Assembly (NCBI GenBank): GCA_040390065.1
Contig: JAZJZE010000003.1
Location: 1 to 64,000, forward strand
Direction of reading: 5' to 3'
Length of the DNA: 64,000 bases
Source: a bacterium
GTDB taxonomy: Archaea > Thermoplasmatota > E2 > JACPAO01 > JAHFTW01
The notes under the pieces were generated by a model that saw nothing but the letters and a program-made list of their open reading frames with translations, did no database searches and was not told the origin of the DNA. This document shows, piece after piece, positions 56,134 through 64,000 of this stretch (positions are counted from its first letter, which is position 1; every line of letters starts with the position of its first letter). The position numbers and the translations under genes were made by a program.

Positions 56134-58134
56134 ATGCGCGGCCGCCGCCTCGTCGCCTGGCCGGGGCTGGCTCTGGCCGGCGTGGCGCTCGTTGCCGCGA
56201 CGCTGCTCGCAGGCCACGCAAACGCAGCGGTGACCTCGTCGGACATCCTGAGCCCCGGCCCGATGACACGCATCACGATCGGCCAGGACCTGTCTTGCCA
56301 ATCGGAGCACAGCAACGACCCGGCCTTGACGGGCGCGCCGCCGACGTGGGCGCAGTTCTACCCACCCCAGGAGCACCCCGGCGACTGCGGGACCTTCATC
56401 ATGACGCTGCCAGCCGGCGTGTTCTACGGCTCCGACTTCGCAAGCCATGGCGGCTCGGACGCCAAGAATTGGGTCGGACCCGTGACGCCTTTCTCGTATG
56501 CCAGCCAGTCGCTTGCGGGCACGCAGGTCGTGACCGTGGCCGACGCGGGCCTTGCCCGCCTGGCCGAGACCAGCACGTACACGCTGGGCGACGAGGGTTG
56601 GGACACGGCGTTGGCTGTGAGCAACAACGACAACGTCGCGCACGACTACCGCATCTTCCGCGCTGGCGACTGCCGCATGGCGGGCGATGACGGCACCGGG
56701 TACGACAACGCATACGGCTTCCTGGCCACGGGCAAGGTCGCGTGTCGGAAGGACCCAGCGAAGACGCCGCCGCAGGGCGCCTACGTCATGTTCACCTGGC
56801 CGGCGGGATTCACCAACTGCCACTCCATGGAGGCGGAGCACACCACGCTGTGGAAGTGGGTCGCAACGCACGCCGCCTTCCCCGACACCGTGGACAACAC
56901 CGAGGTCGACGCGGCCATGGGCTGGAGTTGCGACATCAATGTTCCGGCACACGCGACGATTGTCCTCGACTCGACGTTCGAGATCGCGCCACCCAACCAG
57001 CCGCCGCAGGTCCAGATCGTCTACGACAACTCGGTGCACACCTGCGAGGACTCGGACGTCCTCTTCACCGCACTCGTTGCCGACCCGGACGGCGACTCGG
57101 TCAGCGTGCACTGGACCTTCGGCGACTTGGCCACATCCGACTCCGTCACCGTGGGCCACACCTACAAGGACGACGGGAACTACGCAGTCAGCGCCACCGC
57201 CGACGACGGCCACGGCCACAAGGTGACGGCCAACGCCGTCGTGCATGCCTACGCGGACACGGACTGCTGCCCCGTCCTCGACCCACTTGGCGACCGCATC
57301 GTCATGGAGGGCCAGTTCATCCGCCTCGCACCGCACGCCACCGACATCGAGGGCGAAGCCCTCATGTTCACCGTCCTTCCAGCCGTCCCGCCCGGCGCCA
57401 TCCTGGATTCCGCAAGCGGCGCCTTCGTTTGGCCCACGCAAGCCGGCGACGCCGGCTACTACCGCCTCACCCTGCAGGTCACCGATGGCAAGACGCACGA
57501 CGACGCGTGCCGCGACATCCAATTCCTCCTGCGCATCCTGCCGCATCCCGCGAACACGCCGACCCTCGACTCGGACCAGGACGGCATCGACAACAGCGCC
57601 GACAACTGCCCAGGCATCCCCAACCTCGACCAGGCGGACCGCGACCGCGACGGCATCGGCGATGCCTGCGAAGGCCCCGAGACCGCGGCCGCCCCCGTGA
57701 GCCCGGTGGCTCCCGGACCCGTGACGCCGACTGACAAGGATGGCGACGGCATCGCGGACATCGTGGACGACTGCCCCGGCATCCCCGACCCCGATCAGAC
57801 CGACTTCGACGGCGACCACATCGGCGACGTGTGCGACGCCGACCTCGACGGCGACGGCGTGCCACAAAGCGGCGGACTGCCTGGCTCGTTCCACGACGAC
57901 TGCCCGCTCACGCCCAACCCGGACCAGCGGGACGACGGCGGCCTCGGCATCGGCAACGCGTGCCGGCCGGGCCTTGCGGTGAGGGATGGTGGCGGGGAGA
58001 CGACGCCGGACTCCGGTGGGCTTGCCGCGCCGGCGACGCCCCTTCCGCTCTGGGTCTTCGGCGCCGTCGTGGCCATCGCGGCAGCGGGCGTGGCAACGGG
58101 CACCGTGCTTTGGGCTGTCCGCCGCCGCGTCTAG
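56134..58134 (+). CDS. Cell-surface PKD/Ig/thrombospondin type 3 repeat protein, tandem paralog
   Basis: Same domain order and shared motifs (GP.TRITIGQDL.C, GDCGT, AAFPDT, DT.CCP.L) as the upstream gene. Confidence 0.92.
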   Translation: MRGRRLVAWPGLALAGVALVAATLLAGHANAAVTSSDILSPGPMTRITIGQDLSCQSEHSNDPALTGAPPTWAQFYPPQEHPGDCGTFIMTLPAGVFYGSDFASHGGSDAKNWVGPVTPFSYASQSLAGTQVVTVADAGLARLAETSTYTLGDEGWDTALAVSNNDNVAHDYRIFRAGDCRMAGDDGTGYDNAYGFLATGKVACRKDPAKTPPQGAYVMFTWPAGFTNCHSMEAEHTTLWKWVATHAAFPDTVDNTEVDAAMGWSCDINVPAHATIVLDSTFEIAPPNQPPQVQIVYDNSVHTCEDSDVLFTALVADPDGDSVSVHWTFGDLATSDSVTVGHTYKDDGNYAVSATADDGHGHKVTANAVVHAYADTDCCPVLDPLGDRIVMEGQFIRLAPHATDIEGEALMFTVLPAVPPGAILDSASGAFVWPTQAGDAGYYRLTLQVTDGKTHDDACRDIQFLLRILPHPANTPTLDSDQDGIDNSADNCPGIPNLDQADRDRDGIGDACEGPETAAAPVSPVAPGPVTPTDKDGDGIADIVDDCPGIPDPDQTDFDGDHIGDVCDADLDGDGVPQSGGLPGSFHDDCPLTPNPDQRDDGGLGIGNACRPGLAVRDGGGETTPDSGGLAAPATPLPLWVFGAVVAIAAAGVATGTVLWAVRRRV

Positions 58135-58179
58135 CCGCGCCCAACGCTTATGTAGGCGATGGCCTCACCGAAGGCGACG

Positions 58180-58262
58180 CCAGCCACGACTCCCCCTGGG
58201 GAGACGGGGCGCAGGTCGTTGAAAGATGAAGTCCCGGCCGCAAGGTCGGGATGAATGGAGAC
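58180..58262 (+). promoter_or_regulatory. Structured 5' leader of L7Ae with candidate kink-turn
   Basis: TATA-like TTATGTA at 58148; hairpin TCCCGGCC-GCAA-GGTCGGGA flanked by GATGAAG and TGAA. Confidence 0.6.
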
Positions 58263-58269
58263 CACAACT

Positions 58270-58638
58270 ATGGCAATGTTTGTTCGATTCGAGACCCCCA
58301 AGGAATTGGGGACGCAGATCTACGAGACCATCGAGAAGGCCCGCAGCACCGGCCGTGTCGCGAAGGGCGCCAACGAGGTCACGAAGCAAGTCGAGCGCGG
58401 TGTCGCGAAGTTCGTCGTGATGGCCGAGGATGTCACGCCCGAGGAGATCCTCGCGCACATCCCGCTTCTCTGCGAAGAGAAGGGCATCCCGTACGGCTAC
58501 GTCCCGTCCAAGGCCGAGCTCGGCAACGCCGCAGGCCTGGCCGTCGGCACCGCCGCCGTCGCCATCGTCGACGCGGGCACCGCTGGCGAGGCCGTCGAGG
58601 ACGTCGCCAAGAAGACGAGCGCCCTGAAGGCCGCGTAA
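58270..58638 (+). CDS. rpl7ae: 50S ribosomal protein L7Ae
   Basis: [52 protein letters not shown]. Confidence 0.98.
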   Translation: MAMFVRFETPKELGTQIYETIEKARSTGRVAKGANEVTKQVERGVAKFVVMAEDVTPEEILAHIPLLCEEKGIPYGYVPSKAELGNAAGLAVGTAAVAIVDAGTAGEAVEDVAKKTSALKAA

Positions 58639-58650
58639 GGAGGCCACACC

Positions 58651-59010
58651 ATGGCTGACGACGCAAAGAAGGGCAAGCCCGAAAAGGGCGCAAAGGGCGA
58701 CAAGCCCGAGAAGACGGAGAAGGGCGACAAGGGCAAGGGTGCCGAGCCGTCCGAACCGATCACGAAGCCCGCACTGCCCGAGCAGGGCGACACCGACGCA
58801 TTCCCCAGCGAAGTCGTCGAGGTCGTCTCGCGCGGCGGCATGACGGGCGAAGTCACACTCTGCAAGGTCCGCGTCCTCGCGGGCCGCGACAAGGGCCGCA
58901 TCATCGCCCGCAACGTCATGGGACCCGTCCAGCTGGGCGACACCTTGATGCTGCGTGAGACGGAGCGCGAAGCCCGCACGATGGGCGCCGGCGGGAGGAA
59001 GAAGACATGA
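58651..59010 (+). CDS. rps28e: 30S ribosomal protein S28e with N-terminal extension
   Basis: [52 protein letters not shown]. Confidence 0.96.
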   Translation: MADDAKKGKPEKGAKGDKPEKTEKGDKGKGAEPSEPITKPALPEQGDTDAFPSEVVEVVSRGGMTGEVTLCKVRVLAGRDKGRIIARNVMGPVQLGDTLMLRETEREARTMGAGGRKKT

Positions 59011-59285
59011 CCAACTGCACGTTCTGCGGGTCGGCCATCGAAGCCGGCACCGGCAAGATGTACGTGAAGCGCGACGGCACGGTCCTGCACTTCGACCGCG
59101 CCAAGTGCCAGCGCAACATGGTCGAGCTCGGCCGCGTCAACCGGCACGTCCGCTGGACCCGCGCTGCCGACGAGCACAAGAGCGAGCGCGTCCAGACGCC
59201 GGCCAACAAGCCGGCCGCCCCCAAGGCCAAGGCCGCGAAGCCCGCGGCCAAGCCGGCGGCCAAGGCCGAAGCGAAGACCGCGTAG
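59007..59285 (+). CDS. rpl24e: 50S ribosomal protein L24e
   Basis: [26 protein letters not shown]...KC..N...GR..R..RWT; conserved operon order. Confidence 0.96.
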   Translation: MTNCTFCGSAIEAGTGKMYVKRDGTVLHFDRAKCQRNMVELGRVNRHVRWTRAADEHKSERVQTPANKPAAPKAKAAKPAAKPAAKAEAKTA

Positions 59286-59299
59286 CCCGACGCGAATCC

Positions 59300-59330
59300 C
59301 TTTCCCTCTCCTTCTCCTCGTTTTTTTTTG
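59300..59330 (+). terminator. Pyrimidine/T-rich terminator
   Basis: TTTCCCTCTCCTTCTCCTCGTTTTTTTTT after the rpl24e stop. Confidence 0.7.
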
Positions 59331-59334
59331 CGCT

Positions 59335-60009
59335 TCACGTGACTGACAGGCAGTCCGGTGGATTGCCGTCGACGCCCCGCAGGGGATCCGGCCAGACGCC
59401 CAGGTTGCGGACGGTCAGGGTCTCGTCGACGTCGAGGGCCAGGTCTGTGCCATCATTTTGGCCGTGGTGCCACACGTAGCTGAAGTGGAATGCCCGCGCA
59501 TCGCCTGGGGCCACCGCCACGCCATCCAGCGTCACGATGCCCGCCGCGAAGCCCAGGGTGGCATGCCCACTGGTCGCGTCGTTGCCGAGCGCGAGGGTCG
59601 TCGCCGCCGCGGGTGTGGACAGGTCGAGGGCATAGTGGCGGGGGCTGTGGGGTTGGTCGGGGCCGCGTTCCTGGGACAGGAGGACGACGGTGGCATTCTG
59701 CTTGAACTGGCGGAAGGCGGCGTCGCCCTGTCCACCGATGTAGTAGTACGGGACCGTCACGGTGCGCGCGCTGCGGTCGAGCGTGATGATGTCGTCGGCC
59801 ATGCAGTGGTACCAAGGCGACGGCGCCGGCGGGGACCAGGCCGTCCCGTTGTCGGCCTCCGTGATGGCAAACGTGCTTTCCAGGACGATGACGGGCAGCG
59901 ATCCGGGTTCCAACGCGGCCGGCGTGGACGGCCCGGTGGCTGGAGTGGCGCAGCCGGCGGCAAGGGCGGCCAGAAGGACGACGGCAAGCAGCGCGGGGCG
60001 GACGCCCAT
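59335..60009 (-). CDS. Predicted lipoprotein
   Basis: MGVR-hydrophobic-AAGC. Confidence 0.75.
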   Translation of the reverse strand: MGVRPALLAVVLLAALAAGCATPATGPSTPAALEPGSLPVIVLESTFAITEADNGTAWSPPAPSPWYHCMADDIITLDRSARTVTVPYYYIGGQGDAAFRQFKQNATVVLLSQERGPDQPHSPRHYALDLSTPAAATTLALGNDATSGHATLGFAAGIVTLDGVAVAPGDARAFHFSYVWHHGQNDGTDLALDVDETLTVRNLGVWPDPLRGVDGNPPDCLSVT

Positions 60010-60125
60010 GCATTGCCCACCGTCTTGGCGTTCTTGGACTTCACCTTCCGCGTCGCACCGGCCGCCCACCCTTCCACGTGAAGTGCCCACGCACATTTCT
60101 TGAGGCGGTGCATGCATCGGACGGC

Positions 60126-60698
60126 GTGGCCCTCACGCCATCCACCATGGTCGCACTCGGCTCCCCGGCGCCGGACTTCGCGTTGCCCGACACGGACGGC
60201 AAGACGGTGCGGCGGCGCGACTATGCCGGCCGACCAATCCTCGTCATCTTCCTGTGCAACCACTGCCCCTACGTCAAGCACGTCGCCAACGACTTGGCGC
60301 AGGTGGCCACGAAGTACATGCAGAAGGGCGTCGCTGTCGTCGGCGTCAGTTCCAACGACGTGGCCAACTACCCCGAGGATTCGCCGCAGAACATGCGCAT
60401 CGAGAAACGCGACCGCGGCTACGCCTTCCCGTACCTCTTCGACGAATCCCAGGAGGTCGCCCGCGCCTACCACGCGGCATGCACGCCCGACTTCTTCCTC
60501 TACGACAACAACCACCGGCTCGTCTACCGTGGCCAGTTCGACGACTCGCGGCCCGGCAACGGCAAACCCATCACGGGATTGGACTTGACGCTCGCCGTCG
60601 AAGCGCTCGTCACGGGAAAGCCCCCCATCGCGACGCAGAAGCCCAGCATGGGATGCAACATCAAGTGGAAGCCGCTGGCGCGGACGATCCCGTCCTAA
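60126..60698 (+). CDS. Thioredoxin-family (AhpC/TSA-like) protein
   Basis: LGSPAPDFALPD, FLCNHCPYV, YPEDSP, ACTPDFF, YRGQFDDSRP, SMGCNIKWK. Confidence 0.93.
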   Translation: MALTPSTMVALGSPAPDFALPDTDGKTVRRRDYAGRPILVIFLCNHCPYVKHVANDLAQVATKYMQKGVAVVGVSSNDVANYPEDSPQNMRIEKRDRGYAFPYLFDESQEVARAYHAACTPDFFLYDNNHRLVYRGQFDDSRPGNGKPITGLDLTLAVEALVTGKPPIATQKPSMGCNIKWKPLARTIPS

Positions 60699-60718
60699 TC
60701 CACGATTGCCGCCGCGCG

Positions 60719-60784
60719 TCAACAGATGCAACAGATCAAACCGATACGAAGCCGCGCATCGGTTCCAGCGGCGTTGTCCGTTGA
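60719..60784. repeat. Degenerate palindrome of 9-bp CAAC(A/C)GATG-type units
   Basis: TCAACAGATGCAACAGATCAAACCGAT ... ATCGGTTCCAGCGGCGTTGTCCGTTGA. Confidence 0.7.
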
Positions 60785-60832
60785 TGGCGGCAGGGCGTGG
60801 AGGGTTAAGGGACCCCAATGCTTCGCCGGCGC

Positions 60833-61330
60833 ATGGCGACACCGCACGCCGGCATCGCAGTCTCCCGCATGGGCCGATGGGCGCAGCGCAACCCGTCCAA
60901 GTTCCGCCACATGCTGAACTGGTACCCTTGCTACCGCGGCACCGGTGGCCACGTCACCTTCATCGCCGCCGACTGGTCGGAGATGCGCATCCGCCTCAAG
61001 CTCAACCGGCGCACCAAGAACTACGTCGGCTCCATCTTCGGCGGCTCGCTGTACGGTTGCGTCGACCCGATGTTCATGTTCATGCTCATGCACCGCCTCG
61101 GCCCCGGTTACACGGCGTGGGACAAGGCGGCCTCGATCCGCTTCCGCAAGCCGGGCAAGACCACGCTCTTCGCCTCGTGCAAGATGCCGGACGACGAAGT
61201 CGCCAACGTGAAGCGGCTGCTGGAGACGGCAGAGAAGGTCGACCGCACCTACACCGTCGAACTCGTGGACGCGGCCGGCGTCGTGCACGCGTCGGTGGAG
61301 AAGGTCGTGAACATCCGGCGCAATCCATGA
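60833..61330 (+). CDS. Hotdog-fold thioesterase-like protein (DUF4442/PaaI type)
   Basis: NWYPCYRGTGG, TKNYVGSIFGGSLY...DP, WDKAASIRFRKPG. Confidence 0.9.
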   Translation: MATPHAGIAVSRMGRWAQRNPSKFRHMLNWYPCYRGTGGHVTFIAADWSEMRIRLKLNRRTKNYVGSIFGGSLYGCVDPMFMFMLMHRLGPGYTAWDKAASIRFRKPGKTTLFASCKMPDDEVANVKRLLETAEKVDRTYTVELVDAAGVVHASVEKVVNIRRNP

Positions 61331-61358
61331 CCGGCGCTTCGCCCGACGCCCCCGCCAA

Positions 61359-61425
61359 TCAACCGAGGCAACAGACGCAGCCGACGACGTTGCGACCCTT
61401 CGGTTGTGTCGGTTGCATCGGTTGA
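61359..61425. repeat. Palindrome with three 9-bp CAACCGA-type units per 26-bp arm
   Basis: TCAACCGAGGCAACAGACGCAGCCGA ... TCGGTTGTGTCGGTTGCATCGGTTGA. Confidence 0.85.
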
Positions 61426-61572
61426 CCGTCGGGCGCATGTCAGGGGCCAACCAATCATGACTGCAATCCTGTTGACGACGTGAAACGGGCTATGACGTGC
61501 CCTTCGCAGACCTTAGCCTTTCCGGCCTCCGAAATCGGCACCTCTTTCATGGCGGGACATCATCGATTCGCG

Positions 61573-61923
61573 ATGGTCAGCATGAAGGGGGCCGCCTTCG
61601 TCCTTGGCGGCTTGGGCTTGGCCCTCTTCGCAAGCGGCTTCGTCGTCGCCTTGACCGCGCATCCGCCGTGTGCCAGCGACGCCTGCCCGCCGTGCCCGTC
61701 GAGGTTCCCGAACCAGCCCTGCTGGGACACGAAGCCGGTCACGACGAACATGACGTTCCTGTGGATCGGCGGACTCATCCTGGAGTTCGCGGCCGTCGTC
61801 TTCCTGTACCTGCATTTTCGCGACACGAAGCGCCGTGCGGGACGCCGACCAGGACCCCCCCGGGCGCAGGCCGTCGGCACGCAAGTCAGCGTGACCCAGC
61901 GCCAGGCGCCCCGCCGCCGTTGA
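61573..61923 (+). CDS. Small 2-TM protein with Cys/Pro-rich loop
   Basis: TM-HPPCASDACPPCPSRFPNQPCWD-TM. Confidence 0.6.
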   Translation: MVSMKGAAFVLGGLGLALFASGFVVALTAHPPCASDACPPCPSRFPNQPCWDTKPVTTNMTFLWIGGLILEFAAVVFLYLHFRDTKRRAGRRPGPPRAQAVGTQVSVTQRQAPRRR

Positions 61924-61924
61924 A

Positions 61925-63409
61925 TCACATCAGTGGCGGGACGTCGCCGGCCATCTCGCGCACCGTCATCGGCTTGCCCTCGCCGCCCCGCAAGCCCGCC
62001 GTGCTCGTCGGCTTCTTGGCGTAGCGGTCGTCCACGCGCAGCACCTGGATCGCCATCTCGACGGCTCCGACGAGGGCGACGCGTACGCATAGGGCTGGAT
62101 CGACGATGCCTGCCGCGTCGGGCGGAAGCCGCATGGCGAGCGGGTCGAGGCCAAGGTTACGCACCAGGGCATCGGCCACGGCGTCGAGCGCGTCGGCTGC
62201 CGCACGCATGCCGAGCGGGGACTTCCCCGGCGCTGCATCGGCCGCGCTGCGCAAGGACTTCGCGAGCACGCGCTGCCAACGGCCGCCGCCGGGGACCGCT
62301 TCCGGCTCGCGCAGCCAGGCCCCCGCGCAGCGCAGCAAACGCTCGCCGTCGTCGCGCGCCTGCGCCTTGGCCAACTCGTTCTCGGCGGGCATGAGCAACG
62401 TCGCCGACGGGCCCTTGCCGACGAGCAACCAGCCTCCAAGGCGGCGGTCACGCTTCTCGAGCTTGCCCTTGCCGAGGTCGGCCCTCTGCGCGTGCGCCAG
62501 GCGCGCGACGGGCTGCGCCGACACCGCACGTTCGATGCGCTGCATGGCGGACGCGGGGGCATCGTTCCAGACGAAGATGCCGGCGCTCTCGCACATGTCG
62601 GCAAGGCCTGCCTCGACCTCGCGGTGGCACACGACGAGGCCGACCCCAAGCCCTTGGAGATGCCCAAGCGCTTCGGCCCGCATCGCGTCCTCGTTGGCGG
62701 ACCACACGCCGAGCGTGTGTTTGGCCGTCATCTTGTACGACATGCCTTCCTTGAACGTGCCAGGCCGCCAGTCGTCGCTCAGAAGAAGCACGCGGACCTC
62801 CCCGGTCGGCGGGGCGCGCGGGATGCGCTGCGGCCGGACCAGTACGCCGGGCAACCATGATGCCGAAGCGCCTTCTGCCACGACGTCGATGGCATCCAAA
62901 GGCAGCGTGTCGCGTCCCTTCCCCAAGCGCTGCAGGCCTTCAGCGACGAGGGCTGCAAGGCCCGGCTGGCCCGGGACGACGCCCTTGAGGGAGTCGGCGG
63001 CCGGGTCAGGCGCCGCGATGGACGAAAGGGTGGCGCGCGCCTGGCGCAGTGCGAGAGAATACCCGTCGAGGTAGGCTGCGGCAGGAACGCCGCCTTCGAT
63101 GCCATTGCAGGCGTTGCGGATCATCCGCGCGGCCAGCAAGAGTGACGCGGTGGCCTGGTCCCCGGCGTGTTCCTGAACGGCGCCCGCAAGGTCGGCGTAG
63201 GGCTGCACGTCCGGGTCTGCCGGTGCGACTTCGCGCAGCGCGCTGGCGCCGGACGCCAGGACGCGCACCGACCCGTCGGACTGCTGGATGGCCTTGGCCA
63301 ACCCGCGCGGCCCGTAGCAGGGCTCGGCGAACTCGAGGACCGCTTCCGCCGCGAGGCGGACGCGTGCGCGCAGGCTGAACGTGCCCTCGCCTTCGCGCGC
63401 CTCCTCCAT
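61925..63409 (-). CDS. Highly divergent TCP-1/cpn60 chaperonin-like protein
   Basis: YGPRGLAK, ASGASALRE, AGDQATA, VPGGG, LVRNLGLDP, GIVDP, AIQVLRVDD. Confidence 0.85.
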   Translation of the reverse strand: MEEAREGEGTFSLRARVRLAAEAVLEFAEPCYGPRGLAKAIQQSDGSVRVLASGASALREVAPADPDVQPYADLAGAVQEHAGDQATASLLLAARMIRNACNGIEGGVPAAAYLDGYSLALRQARATLSSIAAPDPAADSLKGVVPGQPGLAALVAEGLQRLGKGRDTLPLDAIDVVAEGASASWLPGVLVRPQRIPRAPPTGEVRVLLLSDDWRPGTFKEGMSYKMTAKHTLGVWSANEDAMRAEALGHLQGLGVGLVVCHREVEAGLADMCESAGIFVWNDAPASAMQRIERAVSAQPVARLAHAQRADLGKGKLEKRDRRLGGWLLVGKGPSATLLMPAENELAKAQARDDGERLLRCAGAWLREPEAVPGGGRWQRVLAKSLRSAADAAPGKSPLGMRAAADALDAVADALVRNLGLDPLAMRLPPDAAGIVDPALCVRVALVGAVEMAIQVLRVDDRYAKKPTSTAGLRGGEGKPMTVREMAGDVPPLM

Positions 63410-63514
63410 GCGGCGGCGACCCCGGTTGGCGCCTTAACGCCGACGGCCGGCAGGCTGTGTTTCTCCTGGAGGAATTGCCCACAGGTTTTAAGCCGGGGCA
63501 ACTTCGCGGCCCCA

Positions 63515-64000
63515 ATGAGTTCCCTCCTGGACACGGTCGCGTCCGCCGTGGACCGGTCCTGGCCCTGGTTCGTCGCCCTGGGAACCTTCGTGCTCGTCGT
63601 CGTGGCCATCCGCACATTGTGGCGGATGCAGGCGCGACACCATGTCGCGGAGCCTCGCGGCAAGGCCAAGGTCATCGTGGCCATCGTGGCGTCTCTGCTG
63701 CTCGGCTTCGGCGGCTACTACGAATTCGCCAAGTGGCAGGACGCGTCGCACGAGGGCATGCATGACACGCTCATCACGGCCCTCAACAAGACGATCGGCG
63801 AGGGCAAGTATCTCGACAACGCCCACACGATCGAGAAGCGGCCAGGCACCATCGCGTCCGCCATCGTCAAGCTCGAAGGATACAACGCGACGCTCGCCGG
63901 GATGGCCCCCACCGATCCAGCGTACCCGGACGCGATGGCCAACAAGACGACCACGTGGCTGGCGCTCAACCAGAGCCGGACCGACTTGCGCGACGCCCAG
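63515..64000 (+). CDS. Hypothetical membrane protein (partial, runs off the window)
   Basis: ATG 63515 with TTTTAAG ~25 nt upstream; open frame MSSLLDTVASAVDRSWPWFVALG... with two TMs; missing from the ORF track because it has no stop. Confidence 0.75.
   Translation, partial: MSSLLDTVASAVDRSWPWFVALGTFVLVVVAIRTLWRMQARHHVAEPRGKAKVIVAIVASLLLGFGGYYEFAKWQDASHEGMHDTLITALNKTIGEGKYLDNAHTIEKRPGTIASAIVKLEGYNATLAGMAPTDPAYPDAMANKTTTWLALNQSRTDLRDAQ

Noticed and set aside
52679-56269. 1196-aa thiolase 'fusion'
   Set aside because: The N-terminal ~800 aa is the antisense frame of the TSP3/PKD gene; thiolase homology starts at 53863.
55672-57894. 740-aa minus-strand ORF
   Set aside because: Antisense shadow of the TSP3 paralogs.
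54000-58000. Diversity-generating retroelement TR/VR pair in the paralog repeats
   Set aside because: The similarity is explained by gene duplication and TSP3 repeats; no reverse transcriptase in the window, and no adenine-specific mismatch pattern was noticed.

Overview
High-GC archaeal chromosomal segment, most likely an uncultured Thermoplasmatota lineage (inferred from thermosome, SRP54, Sec61-beta, the L7Ae-S28e-L24e operon, class III signal peptides, TrmB and TATA-like boxes ~25-30 nt ahead of many starts). The left ~13.4 kb is a co-oriented minus-strand type IV pilus-like locus: a PAP2-like/GT-C glycosyltransferase fusion, a CDP-glycerol glycerophosphotransferase, prepilin peptidase, a KaiC-like ATPase with a degenerate Walker A, three pilin-like proteins, a secretion ATPase, two TadB/TadC-type membrane proteins, and a 78-bp tandem repeat at the window edge. 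The rest is housekeeping, lipid/acyl-CoA metabolism, transporters, lipoproteins and paralogous surface proteins. The most unusual signal is non-coding. A decayed GxxExxY nuclease gene ends in a 9-bp-periodic arm that reappears as stand-alone palindromes elsewhere in the window. There is also a ~117-bp dispersed element in two copies, and two MITE-like elements whose ends form the stop codons of convergent genes. No rRNA, tRNA, CRISPR array or intact transposase was recognised. All product calls come from motif recognition by eye, not database searches, and start codons are best guesses.
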